From assembly GCA_043824255.1 (NCBI GenBank), contig JBDRTG010000022.1:1-10751 (forward strand): a DNA stretch of 10,751 bases. Direction: 5' to 3'. Positions within the stretch are counted from its first letter, which is position 1. Every line of letters starts with the position of its first letter. The notes beneath the pieces are model-generated. The model was not told the origin of the DNA. It worked only from the letters and a program-made list of their open reading frames with translations, and did no database searches. Position numbers and translations under genes: made by a program. The stretch is from a bacterium. GTDB lineage: Bacteria > JAHJDO01. Below, in pieces: positions 1 to 4,088 of the stretch.

Positions 1-8
1 GCTAACAT
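1..8 (-). CDS. Possible 5' end of the next gene (ATG TTA GC = M-L-A), compatible with HisF (typical start MLAKRIIPCLD); runs off the window edge
   Basis: The reverse complement of 1-8 is ATGTTAGC and it lies just downstream of hisH, where hisA/hisF usually follow. Only 2.7 codons are visible. Confidence 0.3.
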
Positions 9-15
9 CTCTTTA

Positions 16-78
16 GGATTAAGGATACAGCATTCAGGATTCAGTACTAAGGACTAAGGATTAAGGATTAAGGATTAA
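16..78 (+). repeat. Heptamer tandem array, 9 units, consensus GGATT(A/C)A
   Basis: Units in phase from 16: ggattaa ggataca gcattca ggattca gtactaa ggactaa ggattaa ggattaa ggattaa. Confidence 0.9.
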
Positions 79-81
79 GCC

Positions 82-116
82 AAATTCTGAATTCTGGCTG
101 CCGAATCCTAAATCCT
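82..116 (-). repeat. Degenerate heptamer array of the same family in the opposite orientation; overlaps the hisH stop codon
   Basis: Plus-strand units: aaattct gaattct ggctgcc gaatcct aaatcct (reverse complement AG(G/A)ATT(C/T); the third unit is highly degenerate). Confidence 0.75.
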
Positions 117-758
117 AATTACTGATTTAACAAAATTTTCCAATATTTTTAAACCAAGTTCACCACTTTTTTCAGGATGAAATTGGACACCCCAAATATT
201 ATCCTTATTTACCGCGGAAGTAAATTCTGTCCCATATTCCGTTGTAGCAACAACTACATCTTTATCCCGCGGTTCTACATAATAAGAATGCACAAAATAA
301 AAATACGAATTATCCGGAATGTTTTCAAAAATTTTGCATTTTGCATTTTGCATTTTGCATTCTACTGTATTCCACCCCATATGGGGAATCTTTAACCGTG
401 AATCGTGAATCCTGAATCCTGAATCCTGAATCCTGAATCTCTTCACTTTACCTTGAATAATATCTAAGCCTTTGTAAATTCCATGTTCTTGGCTTTCAGT
501 AAATAATAACTGTAACCCCAAGCAAATTCCCAAAAACGGCTTACCTTCGCCGATAGCTTTAAACATAGCAGGTAGGACATCAAGTTTTTCAAGATTTTCG
601 ATACCTCGGGCAAATGCGCCTACGCCGGGCAAAACTATCGCGCTGGCTTCACCTATATCCTTGGCGTTACTAGTAACCTTTGTTTCAGCACCAACAGCCT
701 CCAAAGCCTTAGCCACACTCCTTAAATTCCCCATTCCATAATCAATTACTGCTATCAT
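108..758 (-). CDS. hisH: Imidazole glycerol phosphate synthase, glutamine amidotransferase subunit HisH
   Basis: MIAVIDYGMGNLRSV start, LPGVGAF, LGICLG (catalytic Cys), PHMGWN, YFVHSY and QFHPEKS (His-Glu) motifs. Confidence 0.98.
   Translation of the reverse strand: MIAVIDYGMGNLRSVAKALEAVGAETKVTSNAKDIGEASAIVLPGVGAFARGIENLEKLDVLPAMFKAIGEGKPFLGICLGLQLLFTESQEHGIYKGLDIIQGKVKRFRIQDSGFRIHDSRLKIPHMGWNTVECKMQNAKCKIFENIPDNSYFYFVHSYYVEPRDKDVVVATTEYGTEFTSAVNKDNIWGVQFHPEKSGELGLKILENFVKSVIRI
331..365. repeat. (ATTTTGC)x4 plus one degenerate unit, inside hisH
   Basis: Perfect units at 331, 338, 345 and 352, then attctac at 359; translated as VECKMQNAKCKI. Confidence 0.95.
399..440. repeat. (TGAATCN)x6 inside hisH, same family as the intergenic arrays
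   Basis: Units: tgaatcg tgaatcc tgaatcc tgaatcc tgaatcc tgaatct; 42 nt translated as RFRIQDSGFRIHDS. Confidence 0.95.
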
Positions 759-766
759 AATAATAA

Positions 767-801
767 GAATTCAGAATTCAGGATTCAGCGTTCAAGATTT
801 A
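767..801 (+). repeat. Heptamer array at the 3' end of the four-helix gene (5 units, GGATTCA-like)
   Basis: Units: gaattca gaattca ggattca gcgttca agattta. Confidence 0.85.
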
Positions 802-1144
802 GCTTTTTGTAAAAACCATGAAGCATTTTACCTACTTCATCAGCTAACTCCATCAACTCCTGATAATCCTCTTGGTTCATGTATTTTAAATCTACTGATA
901 AAATTAAATAATACTTTGTTTCTTCTAAAGAAGCAGCGGCTATATTTATAAACTGCTTAAACTCCTTATCGCTCCTACGTTTGAATCCCTCTACTATATT
1001 TGCAGGAATTGATATTGACGATCTTCTCATCTGCGAAATTAAGCCAAATTTTTCTCGCTCAGGAAAATTCGTAGTAACTTTATAAACTTTTAATACCAAC
1101 TCATGTGCTCTTTGCCAAGCTTTCAATTCTCTAAAAGTTTTCAT
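785..1144 (-). CDS. Four helix bundle protein (23S rRNA intervening-sequence protein family; fold shared with DGR Avd)
   Basis: 119 aa with the family signature F.EL.AWQ.A..L...VY..T..FP..E.FGL.SQMRRS..SI.ANI.EG..R.S.KEF..F..IA..SL.E. Confidence 0.95.
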   Translation of the reverse strand: MKTFRELKAWQRAHELVLKVYKVTTNFPEREKFGLISQMRRSSISIPANIVEGFKRRSDKEFKQFINIAAASLEETKYYLILSVDLKYMNQEDYQELMELADEVGKMLHGFYKKLNLER

Positions 1145-1147
1145 TAC

Positions 1148-1189
1148 TGAATGCTGAATCCTTAATTCTTAATCCTGAATCCTTACTCC
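1148..1189 (-). repeat. Heptamer array filling the guaA to four-helix intergenic gap, inverted relative to 767-801
   Basis: Plus-strand units: tgaatgc tgaatcc ttaattc ttaatcc tgaatcc ttactcc; the last unit is the guaA 3' end (GGAGTAA). Confidence 0.9.
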
Positions 1190-2727
1190 CACTCAATAGT
1201 TGCCGGGGGTTTAGAAGAGATATCGTATACTACTCGATTCACCCCTTTTACTTCATTAATAATCCGGTTGGAGACTTTGCCTAATAACTCATAAGGCAGC
1301 TTTGCCCAATCAGCGGTCATCGCGTCCTCGCTGGTTACTGCCCTTATGGCGACAACGAACTCGTAAGTCCGTTCATCCCCCATGACACCAACTGTCTTAA
1401 CCGGCAAGAATACACAAAATGACTGCCAGAGTTTACGATACAATTTAGCCCGTTTTATCTCATCAACCAAAATCCAATCCGCCTCACGCAAAATGTCTAA
1501 TCTTTCTTTGGTTACCTCTCCCATTATCCTTACTGCCAATCCCGGCCCAGGGAAAGGCTGGCGATAAATAATTTCATCAGGCAGTCCCAATTTTTTACCC
1601 AAAAGCCTTACCTCGTCTTTAAATAACTCTTTAAGCGGTTCAACAAGTTTAAACTTCAAATTCTTGGGCAGCCCTCCTACATTGTGATGGGTTTTAATCG
1701 TTGCCGAAGGCCCGCCAAGCGGCGATTTTGACTCGATCACATCCGGATAAAGCGTACCTTGAGCTAAAAACTTAATTTCGCCCAGTTTTTTTGCTTCCTT
1801 ACTGAAAACATCAATAAAAATTTTACCTATTATTTTACGCTTGGTCTCAGGATCTTTAACCCCTTTTAGCGCTTTAAGAAAAACATCCTGGGCATTTACC
1901 ATTTTTAAATTAATGCCGCGCCCCTTAAACCTTCTTTTAACTAGTTTTACTTCATCGCGGCGCAAAACCCCATTGTCAATAAATAGAGCAACTAAATTCT
2001 CACCTATTGCTCTATGAAGCAAGGTAGCTAAAACAGAAGAATCAACCCCTCCGCTTAATCCACACAGCACTTTTTCATTCCCTATTTTTTCTTTTAAATT
2101 CTGAATAGAGTCTTTAACGAACGACCGCATACTCCAGCTGCATTTGCATCCGGCGATATTAAAAAGGAAATTTTTGAGTATCTTTTTGCCTTTTAGCGTA
2201 TGTATCACTTCGGGGTGAAACTGCAGGCCATAAAAATCTTTTCTCCTATCCCCAATAGCGGCAATCTCTGTGTTGTCGGTTGAACCGATTATATTAAATC
2301 CGCAAGGCACCACGGTTATCTTATCCCCATGGCTCATCCAGACAGTTTCCCTATCCCCCAACCCGTTAAATAAATCTTTTTTGGATTTAACCCTAAGGAT
2401 AGCTTTTCCATATTCTCGTGCGTGAGCTCGACTGACTCTGCCTCCCAAAACCTTAGCCATAAGTTGCGCGCCATAACAAATGCCTAAAATAGGGATATCG
2501 GCATTAAAAATATTCTTATCGCATACAAGGCTTTTACGCAAAACTGTGCTTGAGGGTCCGCCAGAAAGAATAATTGCTTTAGGAGGGCTTTCCAGAAGGC
2601 TGCGAGCGACGATATCGTAAGCGACTATCTGCGAATATACTCCACATTCCCTTACCCGGCGTGCAATAAGATGGGTGTATTGTGACCCAAAATCTAAGAT
2701 TGCGATCCAATCCTTATCCATACTCAT
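1183..2727 (-). CDS. guaA: GMP synthase (glutamine-hydrolysing)
   Basis: [34 protein letters not shown]-loop, [22 protein letters not shown] and C-terminal KPPATIEWE. Confidence 0.99.
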   Translation of the reverse strand: MSMDKDWIAILDFGSQYTHLIARRVRECGVYSQIVAYDIVARSLLESPPKAIILSGGPSSTVLRKSLVCDKNIFNADIPILGICYGAQLMAKVLGGRVSRAHAREYGKAILRVKSKKDLFNGLGDRETVWMSHGDKITVVPCGFNIIGSTDNTEIAAIGDRRKDFYGLQFHPEVIHTLKGKKILKNFLFNIAGCKCSWSMRSFVKDSIQNLKEKIGNEKVLCGLSGGVDSSVLATLLHRAIGENLVALFIDNGVLRRDEVKLVKRRFKGRGINLKMVNAQDVFLKALKGVKDPETKRKIIGKIFIDVFSKEAKKLGEIKFLAQGTLYPDVIESKSPLGGPSATIKTHHNVGGLPKNLKFKLVEPLKELFKDEVRLLGKKLGLPDEIIYRQPFPGPGLAVRIMGEVTKERLDILREADWILVDEIKRAKLYRKLWQSFCVFLPVKTVGVMGDERTYEFVVAIRAVTSEDAMTADWAKLPYELLGKVSNRIINEVKGVNRVVYDISSKPPATIEWE

Positions 2728-2734
2728 AAAAAGA

Positions 2735-2743
2735 AGTTTATCA
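2735..2743 (-). promoter_or_regulatory. Candidate extended -10 promoter for guaA (TG-A-TAAACT)
   Basis: The minus strand reads ...cgTGaTAAACTtctttttATG. There are 7 nt between the hexamer and the ATG, and no Shine-Dalgarno. Confidence 0.45.
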
Positions 2744-2881
2744 CGAAAAGAGAAGAAAAGAAAGGCAAAATTAAGCGCGGCTCGGGAATGAAAAAGATCT
2801 TATCCCCCCTTTCATCAAGACTACAAAGTATAAATTCGGAATGAAATCGGCAGGCAACGGACCAAAGATGGTTTTTTTATT

Positions 2882-3022
2882 CTATCTTATTGCTTTGGGG
2901 TGTTGGCCATTCCAACAATAGAGGCAGAGTTTTTCTTTGGGCAGGCCGATTGCTTCTACCATATCATCTATGGTCTGATAACGCAAAGTTGTAACCTCTA
3001 AATCCTTAACAATCCATTCCAC
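2882..3022 (-). pseudogene. purF: 3' remnant (46 aa) of amidophosphoribosyltransferase PurF
   Basis: Manual translation gives VEWIVKDLEVTTLRYQTIDDMVEAIGLPKEKLCLYCWNGQHPKAIR*. This matches the PurF C-terminus (..SL.Y...D.M..AIG....LC.YCW.G with the CxxC Fe-S ligands). An in-frame TGA at 3038-3040 cuts it off upstream. Confidence 0.85.
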
Positions 3023-3054
3023 AAAGTAAGGAAATCGTCAAGGACAAAAGTAAG
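3021..3054. repeat. Imperfect direct repeat ACAAA(A)GTAAG x2 at the purF-remnant junction
   Basis: acaaagtaag at 3021-3030 and acaaaagtaag at 3044-3054. Confidence 0.55.
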
Positions 3055-3063
3055 AACGTTACT

Positions 3064-3753
3064 CTATATTTCTATGGAATTTTCTTTAAAACTAAAGTAG
3101 CCATTCCCTCCAATTATAATATGATCCAGCAAAACAATGTCCACAGTCTTAAGCGCTTCTTTCATGGCCTTTGTTATCTTGCAATCGTCTTCCGATGGCT
3201 TTAAAGATTCTCCCGGATGATTATGAGCAATAATAACTCCAGTTGCATGATTCTGTAATGCCCTCTCAACAATTTTTCTGGGATATACTACTGATTTATT
3301 AACCGTTCCTTTTTGTATAGTCTCAACTGCCAGCAGCTGATTTCTGCTGTTTAAAAACATAGCTTTAAACTCTTCGTCAGTCGATCCTTTTAAAGAAGCT
3401 TTCAGATAATCATAGACAACATCTGGTGAAGAAAGTAAATCTTTTTTGTAAAGTTCCTTTTCAAGATAAATAACTGAAATGTCTTTTAAAAAATTGAGGA
3501 ACAAAGCAGTGTGTTCGGAAACGCCGCAAACTTTTTCCAGCTCTTTTCTGTCAACGTCCAGTACACCGTTGATTGTCTTGAATCTGGATAACAATTCCTT
3601 AGCAATAGGTTTGGTGTTTTTTCTGGAAATAGTAAATGATAAAGCGAGCTCCAATACCTCATAATCAAGCCATTCTCTTATTCCACCTCTTTTGTACTTT
3701 GCTTTTATTCTCTTGCGATGCCCAAGATAATCTGGTTTTAAAACCTTATTCAC
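3064..3753 (-). CDS. radC: RadC-family (UPF0758) JAB/MPN-domain protein
   Basis: N-terminal GHR.R / L.YE.LEL.L, a helix-hairpin-helix-like segment, E.F...FLN..NQL, VYPR.I, HNHPGESLKPSEDD (HxH..S..D) and LLDHIIIG; GTG start. Confidence 0.95.
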   Translation of the reverse strand: MNKVLKPDYLGHRKRIKAKYKRGGIREWLDYEVLELALSFTISRKNTKPIAKELLSRFKTINGVLDVDRKELEKVCGVSEHTALFLNFLKDISVIYLEKELYKKDLLSSPDVVYDYLKASLKGSTDEEFKAMFLNSRNQLLAVETIQKGTVNKSVVYPRKIVERALQNHATGVIIAHNHPGESLKPSEDDCKITKAMKEALKTVDIVLLDHIIIGGNGYFSFKENSIEI

Positions 3754-4087
3754 TACCTACCTTTAACTTTTCGCTGTGCTTTTCCCAATCCGGCAAAAAT
3801 GCAAACATCAAACTCTTAAACAGCTTGCCATGGTTGGGAATTTTTATATGCAGTAATTCATGAACGATTACATAATCACAAATCTCTCTTTCCCTATCAA
3901 GAAGTTCGGTATTAAATGTTAATCTCCCGTTCTCTGATAATGATGCCCATTTGTTTCTCATAGAACGCAGATGTATCTCCTTTGGCTCAACATTCAGTTT
4001 CTCTGCCCATTCAAAAATACTGGATTTAAACTTTTCTGCCGCAGTCGATTGCTCCAGACGTCCATTTTTACTTAAAACCACCGGCAT
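3746..4087 (-). CDS. Small M48-family / YgjP (DUF45)-like zinc metallohydrolase
   Basis: MR.KWAS.S..G.LTFN..L, DYVIVHELLH (HExxH) and PNHG..F...M...LPDW; position directly after hsdR is typical for this family. Confidence 0.88.
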   Translation of the reverse strand: MPVVLSKNGRLEQSTAAEKFKSSIFEWAEKLNVEPKEIHLRSMRNKWASLSENGRLTFNTELLDREREICDYVIVHELLHIKIPNHGKLFKSLMFAFLPDWEKHSEKLKVGSE

Positions 4088-4088
4088 C

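Noticed and set aside
16..1189. CRISPR array or complete DGR interpretation of the repeats and the Avd-like gene
   Set aside because: The units are 7-bp tandem repeats without spacers. No cas gene, reverse transcriptase or TR/VR pair with adenine-specific mismatches was seen.
1183..1210. Island attachment at the guaA 3' end
   Set aside because: No second copy of the guaA 3' end and no integrase appear in the window; the downstream genes are housekeeping apart from the four-helix cassette.
2859..2878. GGACCA-AAGA-TGGTTT plus a T run as an intrinsic terminator
   Set aside because: The stem is short and weak, and the T tract is on the plus strand, where no gene ends.
2728..2881. Purine or other riboswitch upstream of guaA
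   Set aside because: No purine-riboswitch core could be matched by eye, and the promoter-like motif sits right at the start codon.
2901..2974. Two 6-bp inverted repeats (tgttgg/ccaaca and accata/tatggt) in the purF remnant
   Set aside because: They are short, lie within former coding sequence and are plausible by chance.
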